A DNA stretch of 64,000 bases from Clostridia bacterium (GCA_017521005.1 JAFXEC010000011.1:16450-80449); one strand, 5' to 3'. Positions 38,035-50,295 are shown, counted from the stretch's first letter. The notes: generated from the letters alone by a model not told the origin. Translations and numbers: made by a program.

Positions 38035-39042
38035 TTATCCAAATATTATTTTTTCGAATTCTTGTCTCATTCCAGTTCCATCTTCATTCATATGTATTTT
38101 AGATTGGTAAATATCATGTCCTGGGAATGGGTTTGCTTCAACTACAAGTGGCCCGTTTTCTGTGATTGCTATATCCCAACCAACATATCCAACTTGAGGG
38201 ATTTCTTTACACATTTCTTTAACATAGTCTAAAGCTTCTTCAAACATTGGTATTTTGAAACCAATAAGTTTAGTGTTTGTATAAGGATGCGATTCGTATA
38301 TATTTCCTTTTTTATCTACAGCAGGTTTAACAATAGTTCCATCTGGTTCTATTGTAGTAAATAATCCGCCGTGATTGAAGTTATCTACAACATTTCCGCT
38401 ATTTCCCATACGAATGCTTCTAAACATTATATGTGTGTTTCCGTCTTTTGTAACAGAAACAATTCTTAATGTATTAACTGCAGTAGGGTATATTTTAGAC
38501 ATTTCTGGATGTTGAATTATATAATCTTCAAGTAACAACTGCTTGTTTTCTATAAGAGAATCATATAACTCTTTAAGGTTTGTATTATCTTCGATTACAA
38601 CTTTAATTATATTTCTACCACAAGCAAGATCGACTGGTTTTGCAATAAAGCTCTTTTTAGATTTTGCATAAGTTTCAAATTCTTCATAAGAAGCTTTGTT
38701 TAAATCTAGCCAATCCCTTTTTAAGAATTTGTTAAACTTTTCATTAAACTTTAGCTTGTTATCTAATAGATCTGTGTAGTTTTTATCGTTTAGAGTTTGT
38801 ACAAAACGGTTGTTGATACCGCGAGTAATCATTGTTTCTCTTTGGGCTTTATTTAAGTTGTAGAAACAGAATACTTCGTAATCTACATATCCAGCCATAT
38901 ATTTGTATCCGCAATATATGATGTCAAAAAGAACAACGATAGCAGGTTTTTTAACTATCTTGCTAACTCTTTTAGCTGTCTTAAACATAGCTTTAAAATC
39001 CATTTCAAAAACTCTTTTAATTAAATATTTTATTTTTCTCAT
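38035..39042 (-). CDS. Sugar-transfer-associated ATP-grasp family protein
   Basis: N-terminal ...PAIVVLFDIIYCGYKY... and C-terminal ATP-grasp-like ...GYVGWDIAITENGPLVVEANPFPGHD.... Confidence 0.55.
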   Translation of the reverse strand: MRKIKYLIKRVFEMDFKAMFKTAKRVSKIVKKPAIVVLFDIIYCGYKYMAGYVDYEVFCFYNLNKAQRETMITRGINNRFVQTLNDKNYTDLLDNKLKFNEKFNKFLKRDWLDLNKASYEEFETYAKSKKSFIAKPVDLACGRNIIKVVIEDNTNLKELYDSLIENKQLLLEDYIIQHPEMSKIYPTAVNTLRIVSVTKDGNTHIMFRSIRMGNSGNVVDNFNHGGLFTTIEPDGTIVKPAVDKKGNIYESHPYTNTKLIGFKIPMFEEALDYVKEMCKEIPQVGYVGWDIAITENGPLVVEANPFPGHDIYQSKIHMNEDGTGMRQEFEKIIFG

Positions 39043-39065
39043 ACTTTACCTCGTTAAAATATACG

Positions 39066-39141
39066 TGGTGCTCCCGAGACGAATCGAACGTCCGACCAAC
39101 AACTTAGGAGGTTGCTGCTCTATCCACTGAGCTACGGAAGC
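39066..39141 (-). tRNA. tRNA-Arg (anticodon CCT)
   Basis: Reverse complement GCTTCCGTAGCTCAGTGGATAGAGCAGCAACCTCCTAAGTTGTTGG...TTCGATTCGTCTCGGGAGCACCA. Anticodon loop CT-CCT-AA. Confidence 0.85.
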
Positions 39142-39230
39142 CTACGCACCTTAATTATACTTAAGTTTTATGCTATTTTCAATATTTTATTTGCTTTTTT
39201 ATTTATTCTGTTGTATAATATTTTTCGTCA

Positions 39231-39307
39231 GTACCAATAGCTCAACTGGATAGAGCATCAGACTACGAATCTGAAGGTTGGGGGTTCGAGTCCCTTTTGG
39301 TACACCA
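39231..39307 (+). tRNA. tRNA-Arg (anticodon ACG)
   Basis: GTACCAATAGCTCAACTGGATAGAGCATCAGACTACGAATCTGAAGGTTGGGGGTTCGAGTCCCTTTTGGTACACCA. Own promoter TTGCTT, 17 nt spacer, TATAAT. Confidence 0.88.
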
Positions 39308-39338
39308 AAAAAGAGCGGTTAACCGCTCTTTTTTTTAT
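39306..39338 (+). terminator. Rho-independent terminator
   Basis: AAAAAAGAGCGGTTAACCGCTCTTTTTTTTT. Confidence 0.75.
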
Positions 39339-39401
39339 GCCTAAAATCTAGACAAAAATATGAATATGTAATAAAATAAAAACATAAAGAGAGGTAAACA
39401 A

Positions 39402-40436
39402 ATGAGAAGAAAACAAGGTATATCATTAATAGTTTTAGTTATTACAATAATAGTGATGATAATATTAGCAGCAAGTGTAGTAATAACACTAAGTAATACT
39501 GGCGTAATAAACAGAGCAGGTGAAGCAGTAGACTTAACAAATGAATCAGCTGTACAAGACTTAGCTGCGTTGGTGTGGGCAGATGCTTACATGGATAATA
39601 AAAGAGGAACAGATCTAGTAAATGAAGTAACAACAAAATTAGGTGAACAAGGAGTAACTTCAGACAAATGGAATATAACTGTAACAGATACAGGAGTAAC
39701 AGTTACAAATAAAAACAGTTCATCTGGTACTGGTTTAGGTTCATTAATAACAGCAGCAAATTATGGAGATAAAGTAGACTACTCTGTAACAGTAGATGGC
39801 ACTACATATGATGATTGGCAAATATACTACCACAATGCAGACTATGTATATTTAATATCTGAAAGCTATGTTGAAGAAGTTTCGTTAGACAAAGGAACAA
39901 CAGTAGAAAGTTTAACAAGTGATGAATTAGCATTATATGAAAAATTTAGAGTAGGAAATGGAGCTAAATATACATTGATAGATACATTAACAGATGGAAA
40001 TGATTATACAATGTATAACTGTAAAGCAGTAGCACAACTAATAAAAGATTATGCTAATTTTGCAAACAAAACAACATATGGAACAAATGTAGTTGGTGCA
40101 ATAGGCGGACCTACACTAGAATTATTAGCAGCGGGATGGAATGCAAAAGGATACACACCAACAATGACAGTTTCGATAGATACAAAGGGGTACAAAATAA
40201 ACAATAGCTTTGGTGAAGGAGTAACAAGTGATGGATTATATGTAACATCAGATTACTGGTACTGGTTGGCGTCTCCGTCTGCTGGCAGTAATATCGATGT
40301 TATGTCTGCGTGCGATGGCCTTGTGGAATTTAGCCACTACAACATTCCTTACGGCGTGCGTCCCGTAGTTTGTCTAAAATCTAGCATTCCTGCAACAGTA
40401 GGAACAGGAGATTGCGATTTTAGTTTAACAAAATAA
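39402..40436 (+). CDS. Secreted or surface protein with type IV pilin-like N-terminal segment
   Basis: MRRKQG-ISLIVLVITIIVMIILAASVVITLSNTGVINRA resembles a class III signal (charged leader, Gly, hydrophobic helix) but lacks Glu5. Paralog at 63553. Confidence 0.5.
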   Translation: MRRKQGISLIVLVITIIVMIILAASVVITLSNTGVINRAGEAVDLTNESAVQDLAALVWADAYMDNKRGTDLVNEVTTKLGEQGVTSDKWNITVTDTGVTVTNKNSSSGTGLGSLITAANYGDKVDYSVTVDGTTYDDWQIYYHNADYVYLISESYVEEVSLDKGTTVESLTSDELALYEKFRVGNGAKYTLIDTLTDGNDYTMYNCKAVAQLIKDYANFANKTTYGTNVVGAIGGPTLELLAAGWNAKGYTPTMTVSIDTKGYKINNSFGEGVTSDGLYVTSDYWYWLASPSAGSNIDVMSACDGLVEFSHYNIPYGVRPVVCLKSSIPATVGTGDCDFSLTK

Positions 40437-40576
40437 CGAAGGTACAAAATAATTGTGCGCAAGTAGTGGCTAGTATCACTTGCGTAAGCGCACGAAAATC
40501 GGATGATGTATATGATACATAAAAAACGAATTCTAAATTTGTTAGAATTCGTTTTTATTTTAATTATTTAGCCGTA

Positions 40577-41296
40577 TTACACAACAAAATCTTCTAAGAA
40601 TTTGTCTTTAATCTTATTTAATATTTCTTGACTTAAACCACAACTTAATAGATAGTTTTCATATGTCCCATATGTTTCTTTTAATCTCATAATTAACGTT
40701 CTAATGTATTTAGCGTCAGACTTTTGAACGTTTTCTGCGTACGTATCCAAGAATGTAGAACCTGAAATGTATGTTTCTGTTACTTGATAGTTTGCAATTA
40801 TATCTAAATCATCTACTCCGCATAATCCTAAAAGTAGTGCTGCAACTGTTCCTGTCCTATCTTTACCTGCAGTACAGTGGAAAAGGACACCACCTTTTGC
40901 TTCTGCAAATACAGTAAATATTTGCTTTACTTTTTCTTTATTGTTTAGCATGAATTTATATGCTTCGCCGAAATCGAAATTGGGTTCTAGTTCATGAGCT
41001 TTAGAATAATCTTCGCTTTCCTTATTAGATAGCGGAAGATAGTAGAATTTGAAATAATCTCCATCTATGTTATCATCGCTAACAAATGTAGCTTGGATTT
41101 TAGTAACGCCTCTTAGGTCGATGATATCTGTAATTCCATATCTTTTTAAGAATTCGTTATCCTCTTTTGTTAAATCTGTTAGTCTGCTACTTCTAACAAA
41201 TGTCTTAAATTTGGTAATCTTATTATCCTTAGTACAGTATCCTCCTAAATCTCTTGCGTTTTTAACATATTTAAGCGGCAATCTTATACAGTCCAT
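40577..41296 (-). CDS. Protein-tyrosine phosphatase family protein
   Basis: CX5R P-loop ...FHCTAGKDRTG.... Confidence 0.8.
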   Translation of the reverse strand: MDCIRLPLKYVKNARDLGGYCTKDNKITKFKTFVRSSRLTDLTKEDNEFLKRYGITDIIDLRGVTKIQATFVSDDNIDGDYFKFYYLPLSNKESEDYSKAHELEPNFDFGEAYKFMLNNKEKVKQIFTVFAEAKGGVLFHCTAGKDRTGTVAALLLGLCGVDDLDIIANYQVTETYISGSTFLDTYAENVQKSDAKYIRTLIMRLKETYGTYENYLLSCGLSQEILNKIKDKFLEDFVV

Positions 41297-41730
41297 AAAT
41301 ACCTCCTTTAACTTTAAGTTATTATACTACGATTTGTGTAAAAATTAAAGTGAAAAAGAAATAATAAAAAATATTTGAAAAAGTTCTAGAAAATGGCTTG
41401 AATAAAGCTTAAAAACGATATATAATTTGAAATAGATGTTAAGTTCGTATATTTAGCTTGACGGGGGAGAAAAAAGTGCTTAAAATAACATTTTTTCGTT
41501 GACAAACAATAATTTGTGTGATAAAATATACGAAATGTTTATCGTAACATTCGAAAAACTATGTAAACTAAAGTGTTTAAGGATGGTACAATTGTTGAAA
41601 AAAATATTTGTAACGGAGTAAAAGTTAATATGTATGTATCAAATTGATTTTAGGGTAAAATCAGTTTGACTTTTTGTCGTTTATACGAATATTTTATGTA
41701 AATAAACTATATTTTTAGGGGGAATTTGAA

Positions 41731-44700
41731 GTGGTTCACGAAGTAAAAAATGGAAAAACAACAAGAAAGAGTTTTTCAAAAATCGCAGAAGTTATTGACA
41801 TGCCAGATCTTATTGAGGTACAAAAATCATCTTATAAATGGTTTTTAGATTCTGGACTTAGAGATGTTTTTCATGACATATCTCCAATAGTTGACTACTC
41901 AGGAAATCTAATGCTTGAGTTTGTTGACTATAGATTAGAAGATGAAACAAAATACTCTATAGAGCAAGCAAAAGAAAGGAACACTACATATGCCTCTCGT
42001 TTGCAAGTTAAAGTGCGTCTTTTAAACAAGGAAACAAGTGAAATAAAAGAGCAAGAAATATTCATGGGTGATTTCCCTCTAATGACAGAGAATGGAACAT
42101 TCATAATTAATGGTGCTGAAAGAGTTGTAGTAAGCCAATTAGTTAGAAGCCCAGGTGTATATTTTGATAGAATAAAAGACAAAACTGGTAAAATTACATT
42201 TACAGGAACAGTTATGCCTAACAGAGGTACATGGTTAGAATTTGAATCAGACCTTCAAGATATGTTATGGATAAAGGTAGATAGAACTCGTAAACTACCT
42301 ATAACTACATTTGTAAGAGCTTTAGGAATAGAAAAAGATGCTGAAATATTAGATTTATTTGAAGATGATTTAATAGCAGCGACTCTTGAAAAAGATCCTT
42401 CTAAAACTACAAATGCAGCACTTCTTGAAATCTACAAAAAATTAAGACCAAGTGAACCTTTACACGTAGATGCTGCAGAGCAACTATTATATGGTTTAAT
42501 GTTCGATGAAAGAAGATACGATCTATCTAGAGTTGGTAGATATAAATACAATAAAAAATTAAATCTTGCTACTAGAATAACTGGCGAAATAGCAGCTGAA
42601 GACGTAATTAACGGAGAAACAGGTGAATTATTCGTTAAGAAAGGTGAAAAGATCACTGCAGACGTTGCTGAAAACATCAGACAATCTGGTATCAACGTTG
42701 TATACGTAGATAAGAACGGAAAGAAAGTTAAAGTTATTGGTAACAATACAGTAGACATTTCTAAATATCTTGGTATTGAAGTAGATAAAATGGTTATCAA
42801 AGAAGATGTTCATTTACCAGTATTAAAAGAAATAGTTGAAAAAATGGAAGGTAAAGACGAAAAAGCTTTACAAAAAGAAATAAAGAAGAGAAGAGAAGAG
42901 TTAGTTGTAAAACACATTACAGTAGACGATATAATTTCTTCTATCAACTACTTTGTAAACTTCTATAATGGTATGGGTAAAATTGAAGATATCGACCATT
43001 TAGGAAATAGAAGAGTTAGATGCGTTGGTGAATTACTACAAAACCAATTTAGAATTGGTTTAACAAGACTTGAAAGAGTTGTTCGTGAAAGAATGGCTAC
43101 ACAAGATATGGATGTTACAACTCCACAAATGTTAATAAACATCAAACCAGTTGTTGGAGCAATCAAAGAGTTCTTTGGAAGCAGCCAATTATCTCAATTC
43201 ATGGATCAAATTAACCCACTAGCTGAGTTAACACATAAGAGAAGAATATCTGCATTAGGACCTGGAGGTCTTACTCGTGATAGAGCTGGATTCGAAGTTC
43301 GTGACGTTCACTATTCTCACTATGGTAGACTATGTCCTATCGAATCTCCAGAAGGACCAAACATAGGACTTATATCATCACTTCCTACATATGGAAGAAT
43401 CAATAGATACGGATTTATTGAAGCTCCATATAGAAGAGTGGATAAAGAAACAGGAAAAGTAACTGATGACATAGAATACATGACAGCAGATACAGAAGAT
43501 AATTACATAATTGCTCAAGCAAATGAACCATTAGATGCTGAAGGTAGATTTGTAAACAAGAAAATTAAAGTTAGATGCGTAAGAGAAATCCTAGAAGTAT
43601 CTCCAGATAAAGTAGATTACATGGACGTTTCTCCAAAACAATTAGTATCTGTTGCTACAGCAATGATACCATTCCTTGAAAGCGATGACGCTAAACGTTC
43701 GCTAATGGGATCTAACATGCAACGTCAAGCAGTTCCATTAATAAAAGCAGAAGCTCCAATTATAGGAACAGGAATAGAATATAAAGCAGCACAAGACTCT
43801 GGTACATGTATAGTAGCTGGCCAAGATGGTGTGGTTACATATGTAGATGGAGACAAAGTTGTTGTTGAAGGAAAACAAGGTAAAGAAGAACACTTATTAA
43901 CTAAGTTTAAACGTTCTAACCAAGGTACATGCCTAAACCAAAGACCAATAGTTGTTTCTGGTACAAAAGTTAAGAAGGGTGATGTGCTTGTAGATGGTTC
44001 TTCTACAGAACAAGGTGAAATGGCATTAGGTAAAAATATACTAATCGGTTTCATGACTTGGGAAGGATACAACTACGAAGACGCTATCTTAATTTCAGAA
44101 GATCTAGTTAAAGATGACGTATTAACTTCTATTCATATTGAAGATTATGACTGTGAAGCTAGAGATACAAAACTAGGACCTGAAGAAATCACTCGTGAAA
44201 TACCAAACGTTGGTGATGATGCGTTAAAAGATCTTGATGAAAACGGTATTATAAGAATAGGTGCAGAAGTAAGACCTGGAGATATCCTTGTAGGTAAAGT
44301 AACTCCTAAGGGTGAAACAGAACTTACTGCTGAAGAAAAATTATTAAGAGCAATATTCGGTGAAAAATCTAGAGAAGTAAGAGATACTTCACTTAGAGTT
44401 CCACACGGAGAAGCTGGTACAATTATAGATGTTAAGATCTATACAAGAGAAAATTCTGATGAATTAGCTCCAGGAGTACACAAAGTTGTAAGAATATACA
44501 TAGCTCAAAAGAAGAAAATATCTGTTGGTGACAAGATATGTGGACGTCACGGTAACAAAGGTATCATTTCTAGAGTATTACCTAGAGAAGATATGCCATA
44601 CTTACCAGATGGTACACCACTACAAATCGTATTAAACCCACTAGGTATACCTTCTCGTATGAACGTAGGTCAAGTGCTTGAAGTACACCTAGGTTACATA

Positions 44701-45402
44701 GCAAAACAACTTGGATGGAAAGTTGCAACACCAGTATTTGATGGTGCTAAGGAAGAAGATATTGAAAAATTATTTGAACAAGCCGGTTTAAGCGGAACTT
44801 GTAAGTTCCCTGTAAGAGACGGTAGAACTGGTGAATTATTTGATAACGAAGTTACAGTTGGTTACATGTATATGTTAAAACTTTACCACTTAGTTGATGA
44901 TAAGATTCACGCTCGTTCTATTGGACCATACTCTTTAGTTACACAACAACCTCTTGGTGGTAAGGCACAATTCGGTGGACAAAGATTTGGTGAAATGGAA
45001 GTTTGGGCTCTTGAAGCTTACGGTGCAGCATATGCTCTTCAAGAAATATTAACTGTTAAATCAGATGACGTTTCAGGAAGATTAAAAACATATGAATCAA
45101 TCGTTAAAGGTGAAAGCGTTCCAGAACCAGGAATACCTGAATCATTCAGAGTGTTAATTAAAGAACTACAAAGCTTAGGCTTAGATATGAAATTATACAA
45201 TCACAATGATGAAGTTGAAGTTAGAGAAACTGTAGACTTAACAGAAAAAACAATATTACCTGCAGATTACGAAACTACTGACATAGATCCTGAAAGCTAT
45301 GTTTTAGATGATGATTCTGGAATGGGTATAGAAGATGAAGACGGCGAAGAAGCATACGAACTTGCAGAAGATGATGATTTCGCTGATGACGAAGAAGTTT
45401 AG
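41731..45402 (+). CDS. rpoB: DNA-directed RNA polymerase beta subunit (GTG start)
   Basis: 1223 aa. Conserved RpoB blocks (...[20 protein letters not shown]..., ...[19 protein letters not shown]...). Confidence 0.97.
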   Translation: MVHEVKNGKTTRKSFSKIAEVIDMPDLIEVQKSSYKWFLDSGLRDVFHDISPIVDYSGNLMLEFVDYRLEDETKYSIEQAKERNTTYASRLQVKVRLLNKETSEIKEQEIFMGDFPLMTENGTFIINGAERVVVSQLVRSPGVYFDRIKDKTGKITFTGTVMPNRGTWLEFESDLQDMLWIKVDRTRKLPITTFVRALGIEKDAEILDLFEDDLIAATLEKDPSKTTNAALLEIYKKLRPSEPLHVDAAEQLLYGLMFDERRYDLSRVGRYKYNKKLNLATRITGEIAAEDVINGETGELFVKKGEKITADVAENIRQSGINVVYVDKNGKKVKVIGNNTVDISKYLGIEVDKMVIKEDVHLPVLKEIVEKMEGKDEKALQKEIKKRREELVVKHITVDDIISSINYFVNFYNGMGKIEDIDHLGNRRVRCVGELLQNQFRIGLTRLERVVRERMATQDMDVTTPQMLINIKPVVGAIKEFFGSSQLSQFMDQINPLAELTHKRRISALGPGGLTRDRAGFEVRDVHYSHYGRLCPIESPEGPNIGLISSLPTYGRINRYGFIEAPYRRVDKETGKVTDDIEYMTADTEDNYIIAQANEPLDAEGRFVNKKIKVRCVREILEVSPDKVDYMDVSPKQLVSVATAMIPFLESDDAKRSLMGSNMQRQAVPLIKAEAPIIGTGIEYKAAQDSGTCIVAGQDGVVTYVDGDKVVVEGKQGKEEHLLTKFKRSNQGTCLNQRPIVVSGTKVKKGDVLVDGSSTEQGEMALGKNILIGFMTWEGYNYEDAILISEDLVKDDVLTSIHIEDYDCEARDTKLGPEEITREIPNVGDDALKDLDENGIIRIGAEVRPGDILVGKVTPKGETELTAEEKLLRAIFGEKSREVRDTSLRVPHGEAGTIIDVKIYTRENSDELAPGVHKVVRIYIAQKKKISVGDKICGRHGNKGIISRVLPREDMPYLPDGTPLQIVLNPLGIPSRMNVGQVLEVHLGYIAKQLGWKVATPVFDGAKEEDIEKLFEQAGLSGTCKFPVRDGRTGELFDNEVTVGYMYMLKLYHLVDDKIHARSIGPYSLVTQQPLGGKAQFGGQRFGEMEVWALEAYGAAYALQEILTVKSDDVSGRLKTYESIVKGESVPEPGIPESFRVLIKELQSLGLDMKLYNHNDEVEVRETVDLTEKTILPADYETTDIDPESYVLDDDSGMGIEDEDGEEAYELAEDDDFADDEEV

Positions 45403-45426
45403 TAGTAGGGAAGGAGAAAAAGTATA

Positions 45427-48400
45427 ATGGCAGAAAATAATAATGTAAATCCAGAAGTATTCGATAGATTAAGTATTGGAATAGCTTCTCCTGACAAAAT
45501 AAGAGAATGGTCAAAGGGTGAAGTTAAAAAGCCAGAAACAATAAACTATAGATCCCTAAAACCTGAACGTGACGGATTATTCTGTGAGAAAATATTCGGG
45601 CCAACAAAAGACTGGGAATGTTATTGTGGTAAATATAAGAAAATAAGATATAAAGGAATTATATGTGATAGATGTGGTGTTGAAGTAACTAAGAAAAGCG
45701 TAAGACGTGAAAGATTAGGACACATTGAACTTGCAACACCAGTGTCTCACATCTGGTTCTTCAAAGGAATTCCAAGTAGAATGAGTCTTATAATAGACGT
45801 TTCTCCTAAAGCTTTAGAAAGAGTTGTATACTTTGCAGCATACATAGTTATGGATCCAAAGGATACAGGACTTTCATACAAGCAAATATTATCTGAAAAA
45901 GATTATAGAGAAGCAATTGAAAAATACGGTGAAGATTCATTTGTAGTTGGAATGGGAGCAGAAGCTATTAGAGAACTTTTAGCTAAAGTTGATCTTCATA
46001 AAGAAGAAAAAGAAATTAGAAAAGCTCTTGAAACAGCTACTTCTCAAAAACGTTTGAAATTAATTAAACGTTTAGAAACAATAGAAGCATTTATAGCATC
46101 AGGAAATAGACCAGAATGGATGGTACTAGAAGTAATACCAGTTATTCCACCTGATTTAAGACCAATGGTTCAATTAGATGGTGGTAGATTTGCTACTTCT
46201 GATCTAAATGACCTATATAGAAGAGTTATAAATAGAAATAACAGATTAAAGAGACTTATTGAACTTGAAGCTCCAGACATTATCATAAGAAATGAAAAGA
46301 GAATGCTACAAGAATCAGTAGACGCTTTAATAGACAATGGAAGACGTGGAAGACCTGTAACAGGTGCTGGAAACAGACCACTTAAATCTTTATCAGATAT
46401 GTTAAAAGGAAAACAAGGTAGATTTAGACAAAACCTACTTGGTAAGAGAGTTGACTATTCTGGACGTTCAGTTATCGTTGTTGGTCCTGAACTTAAGATT
46501 TACCAATGTGGATTACCACGTGAAATGGCACTTGAATTATTCAAACCATTTGTAATGAAAGAATTAGTAAAAAGAGAATTAGCATTCAATATTAAAAATG
46601 CTAAGAGAATGGTAGAAAGAGCAGCAGTTGAAGTTTGGGATGTTCTTGAAGATGTTATCCAAGATAGACCAGTATTATTAAACCGTGCTCCAACTCTACA
46701 CAGACTTGGTATCCAAGCATTCGAACCAGTTCTAGTTGAAGGTAGAGCAATTAAACTACATCCGTTAGTTTGTGCTGCGTTTAACGCCGACTTCGACGGT
46801 GACCAAATGGCCGTACACGTACCATTATCACCAGAAGCTCAATCAGAAGCTAAATTCTTAATGCTTGCATCAAACAACTTGTTAAAACCACAAGATGGTA
46901 AAGCTGTTACAGTACCATCACAAGATATGATACTTGGAAGCTACTACTTAACAGTTGAGTATGATGATGAACCAGGTGTTGGTAAAGTATTCAAAGATGA
47001 AGACGAAGCTTTAATGGCATATGACCAAAAAGTTGTTGGACTTCATGCACCTATTAAACTTAGAGTAACTAAGGAAATAGATGGTAAGAAAGTATCTAAA
47101 ATAATAGATACAACAGTTGGTAGAATAATATTTAATGGTATTATTCCACAAACTTTAGGATATGTAGATAGAACAAATCCTGAAAATGCTTTCAGACAAG
47201 AAATAGAATTCCCTGTTAGAAAGAAAGAAATAGGACAAATAATAGATATGAGTATCGAAAAATTTGGTATTCCTGATACAGCAGTAATGCTAGACAATAT
47301 CAAATCTTTAGGTTACAAATATTCTACAGTAAGTGCTATTACAGTTTCTGTAGCAGACATGGAAGTTCCACCTGAAAGAGAACAAATACTAAAAGAAGCT
47401 GATGAAGCCGTAGATAAAGTATATAAAAACTACAAACGTGGTCTTATATCTGATGAACAAAGATACAACGAAGTTGTTAAGATTTGGGGTAAAGCTACTG
47501 ATGACATCCAAGATGCTATCATGAAGAACCCTAACATTAAAAACCCAGTACGTATTATGGCTCATACAGGTGCCAGAGGTAACCCAAAACAAATGAGACA
47601 ATTATCTGGTATCCGTGGACTTATGGCAGATACATCAGGTAAAGCGGTAGAAATACCAATCAGATCAAGCTTTAGAGATGGTCTAGACGTTCTAGAATAC
47701 TTCATTTCTTCACACGGTGCTCGTAAAGGTCTTGCCGATACAGCCCTAAGAACAGCTGACTCTGGTTACTTAACAAGAAGATTAGTTGACGTTAACCAAG
47801 AAGTTATAATAACTGCAGAAGATTGTGGAACTGAAGACGGTCTTTATGTTGAAGCTATTATGGAAAGTGGAGAAGCTATAGAAAAACTACTTGAAAGATT
47901 AGAAGGTAGATACTTAGCTGAAGATATTAAAGATGCTGAAGGCAATGTAGTATTTGCAAGAGATACATATATCTCAACAGCAATTGGAAAACAAATAATG
48001 GATTTAGGATACACTAAAGTTAAAATACGTTCAGCTCTTACTTGTGATATGGGAAGAGGCGTATGTGCTAAGTGTTATGGTAAAAACCTTGCAACAGGTG
48101 AACCAATTAACGTTGGTGAAGCAGTTGGTATAATTGCTGCACAATCAATCGGTGAACCAGGTACTCAGTTAACAATGAGAACTATCCATACTGGTGGTGT
48201 TGCGGGTGGCGCAGATATCACACAAGGTCTTCCTCGTGTTGAAGAATTATTCGAAGCGAGAAAACCAAAGGGTGTTGCGATTGTTACAGAAATAGCTGGT
48301 ACTGTAAGAGTAGAAGCTGTAGATGATCTAAATAAAGACGTAATTGTAACAAACGAAGAAGGCACAAGCATGAGATACCCAATCTATAGTGCAAGACCTC

Positions 48401-49002
48401 TTGTAAAAGACGGCGATGTAATAGAAGCTGGTGCAAGACTTACTGAAGGTTCATTAGATCCACATGATGTTATTAGAATTAATGGAGAAGTTGCAGTTCA
48501 AAACTACATCATCCAAGAAATTCAAAAAGCATATAGAACTCAAGGTGTTAACATTAACGATAAACACATTGAAATTGTTGCAAAACAAATGTTAAGAAAA
48601 GTTAGAGTATTAGATGCAGGTGAAACTAACCTAGTTGCTGCTTCTATGGTAGATATAAATGAATTTAAATCTGCTAACAAAGAAGCTAGAGAACAAGGTA
48701 AGAAAGAAGCTACTGGTAAGAGAGAATTACTAGGTATCACAAAAGTTGCGTTACTTACAGATTCATTCTTATCTTCAGCATCATTCCAAGAAACAGCTAG
48801 AGTATTAACAGATGCAGCAGTTAAAGGTAAGACAGATAAGTTACTAGGATTAAAAGAAAACGTAATCATTGGTAGATTAATTCCAGCAGGAACAGGACTC
48901 GTAGATTACTCAGATATTAGATTATCTTCTAAAGATACAGAAGTATCTCACATAGATGATGATATAGTATCTAGCACAATCATAGATAACATATATGAAT
49001 AA
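45427..49002 (+). CDS. rpoC: DNA-directed RNA polymerase beta-prime subunit
   Basis: 1191 aa. Zn-finger CDRCGVEV and catalytic [12 protein letters not shown]. Confidence 0.97.
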   Translation: MAENNNVNPEVFDRLSIGIASPDKIREWSKGEVKKPETINYRSLKPERDGLFCEKIFGPTKDWECYCGKYKKIRYKGIICDRCGVEVTKKSVRRERLGHIELATPVSHIWFFKGIPSRMSLIIDVSPKALERVVYFAAYIVMDPKDTGLSYKQILSEKDYREAIEKYGEDSFVVGMGAEAIRELLAKVDLHKEEKEIRKALETATSQKRLKLIKRLETIEAFIASGNRPEWMVLEVIPVIPPDLRPMVQLDGGRFATSDLNDLYRRVINRNNRLKRLIELEAPDIIIRNEKRMLQESVDALIDNGRRGRPVTGAGNRPLKSLSDMLKGKQGRFRQNLLGKRVDYSGRSVIVVGPELKIYQCGLPREMALELFKPFVMKELVKRELAFNIKNAKRMVERAAVEVWDVLEDVIQDRPVLLNRAPTLHRLGIQAFEPVLVEGRAIKLHPLVCAAFNADFDGDQMAVHVPLSPEAQSEAKFLMLASNNLLKPQDGKAVTVPSQDMILGSYYLTVEYDDEPGVGKVFKDEDEALMAYDQKVVGLHAPIKLRVTKEIDGKKVSKIIDTTVGRIIFNGIIPQTLGYVDRTNPENAFRQEIEFPVRKKEIGQIIDMSIEKFGIPDTAVMLDNIKSLGYKYSTVSAITVSVADMEVPPEREQILKEADEAVDKVYKNYKRGLISDEQRYNEVVKIWGKATDDIQDAIMKNPNIKNPVRIMAHTGARGNPKQMRQLSGIRGLMADTSGKAVEIPIRSSFRDGLDVLEYFISSHGARKGLADTALRTADSGYLTRRLVDVNQEVIITAEDCGTEDGLYVEAIMESGEAIEKLLERLEGRYLAEDIKDAEGNVVFARDTYISTAIGKQIMDLGYTKVKIRSALTCDMGRGVCAKCYGKNLATGEPINVGEAVGIIAAQSIGEPGTQLTMRTIHTGGVAGGADITQGLPRVEELFEARKPKGVAIVTEIAGTVRVEAVDDLNKDVIVTNEEGTSMRYPIYSARPLVKDGDVIEAGARLTEGSLDPHDVIRINGEVAVQNYIIQEIQKAYRTQGVNINDKHIEIVAKQMLRKVRVLDAGETNLVAASMVDINEFKSANKEAREQGKKEATGKRELLGITKVALLTDSFLSSASFQETARVLTDAAVKGKTDKLLGLKENVIIGRLIPAGTGLVDYSDIRLSSKDTEVSHIDDDIVSSTIIDNIYE

Positions 49003-49004
49003 TA

Positions 49005-49034
49005 AAAATAGCAGGTTATGCCTGCTATTTTTTA
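49005..49034 (+). terminator. Rho-independent terminator after rpoC
   Basis: AAAAATAGCAGGTTATGCCTGCTATTTTTT. Confidence 0.8.
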
Positions 49035-49098
49035 TGCATATTATTGCAATATATATTATGTTTATGATAACATTATCGTATAATTTAAGGGGTATATT

Positions 49099-50295
49099 AT
49101 GAAAGATAATAAAAATATGATTTCGTGGAGAATCACGCTAGCAATAATGCTAATATTTGGACTTGGATTTACTTTAGGAAAAGTAACAAGTATCGACAGA
49201 TTAGCTAAAATAGAAGGATATAAAATAAATATAGAAGAGGATGCTTTGGCAATATATGTACCGGATAAAGGTGCTGCTACTGGAAGTAATGCTACATCAG
49301 GAAATGTGGATGAAGACTATGCAACGGCACCAAATGCTACATCAGGAAATGTGGATGAAGATTATGCAACAGCGCCAAACGCTACATCAGGAAATGTAGA
49401 TCCAGATGAAGACTATGCGACAGCACCAAATGCTACTTCTGGAAATGTACAACCTGAAGATGACGAACCAGTTATTACTGATCCAGTTAGAGTTGAATTG
49501 GATGGAAAAGAAAAAATAGAATTAAAAAATGAAGAGATAACAGCAGATCACATTAAATATATTAGAACGTCTAGTAAAGATGTGTTTGTAGATGCAACAA
49601 ACAACACAAAGATTACGAAAGAATTATTATCTGCAATATCTGCAGCAAGTAAAAATACACTTGTTGTAAATGTTGGTGGAAACCAATTTGTATTCTATGG
49701 AAGCAAGATAGAAACAGTAACAGATGTAGATGTGTATATGAATGTTAATACTGTAGCAAAAGACGAAGATATTTCTAAAGTCGTTTCTTCAAAAGGAATT
49801 GTTCTAAAATTCTTAGAAGGAAATAAGTTCCCTGAAGGTACAATAGTACGTATAAAAGAAACGGACATAATAAAAAATGAAATAACAACTGATGCAAAAG
49901 TTTACAGCTATAACGCTAAAGATGGTAGCTTAAAACTTGTTCAAACAAATATAGGCAGAGAAGATGGTTACTATAACTTAAAGATTTCTGGAGAAGGAAG
50001 ATTTGTTTTAGTAAATAAAGACTTTGAAATAGCAGAAGGAGCTAAAACAGAGGAAAAGAAAGAAATAGTAGAATTTGTGGATTCTAACATGACATATCTT
50101 CTTGTTATAGCTGGAAGTTTAGTTGTTATACTTGTGGTAGCAGCAATGTTAATTGCAAGTAGAGGAAAACAAGAAATAAAGGTAGAAGTTCCGGTTGAAA
50201 CAACTCCTGAAAACAAACCAATTGAACCTCAAGCGGCAACTGAAGAAGTAAAAGATGTTACAGAAGAGAAACAAGAAGAACAACAAAATATATAA
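49099..50295 (+). CDS. Membrane-anchored surface protein with tandem NATSGNVDEDYATAP repeats
   Basis: N- and C-terminal TM segments. Three and a half copies of a 15-aa repeat. Confidence 0.6.
   Translation: MKDNKNMISWRITLAIMLIFGLGFTLGKVTSIDRLAKIEGYKINIEEDALAIYVPDKGAATGSNATSGNVDEDYATAPNATSGNVDEDYATAPNATSGNVDPDEDYATAPNATSGNVQPEDDEPVITDPVRVELDGKEKIELKNEEITADHIKYIRTSSKDVFVDATNNTKITKELLSAISAASKNTLVVNVGGNQFVFYGSKIETVTDVDVYMNVNTVAKDEDISKVVSSKGIVLKFLEGNKFPEGTIVRIKETDIIKNEITTDAKVYSYNAKDGSLKLVQTNIGREDGYYNLKISGEGRFVLVNKDFEIAEGAKTEEKKEIVEFVDSNMTYLLVIAGSLVVILVVAAMLIASRGKQEIKVEVPVETTPENKPIEPQAATEEVKDVTEEKQEEQQNI
49288..49458 (+). repeat. Tandem 45-bp in-frame repeats (about 3.6 copies)
   Basis: AATGCTACATCAGGAAATGTGGATGAAGACTATGCAACGGCACCA repeated, with a 6-bp PD insertion in copy 3. 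Confidence 0.85.
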
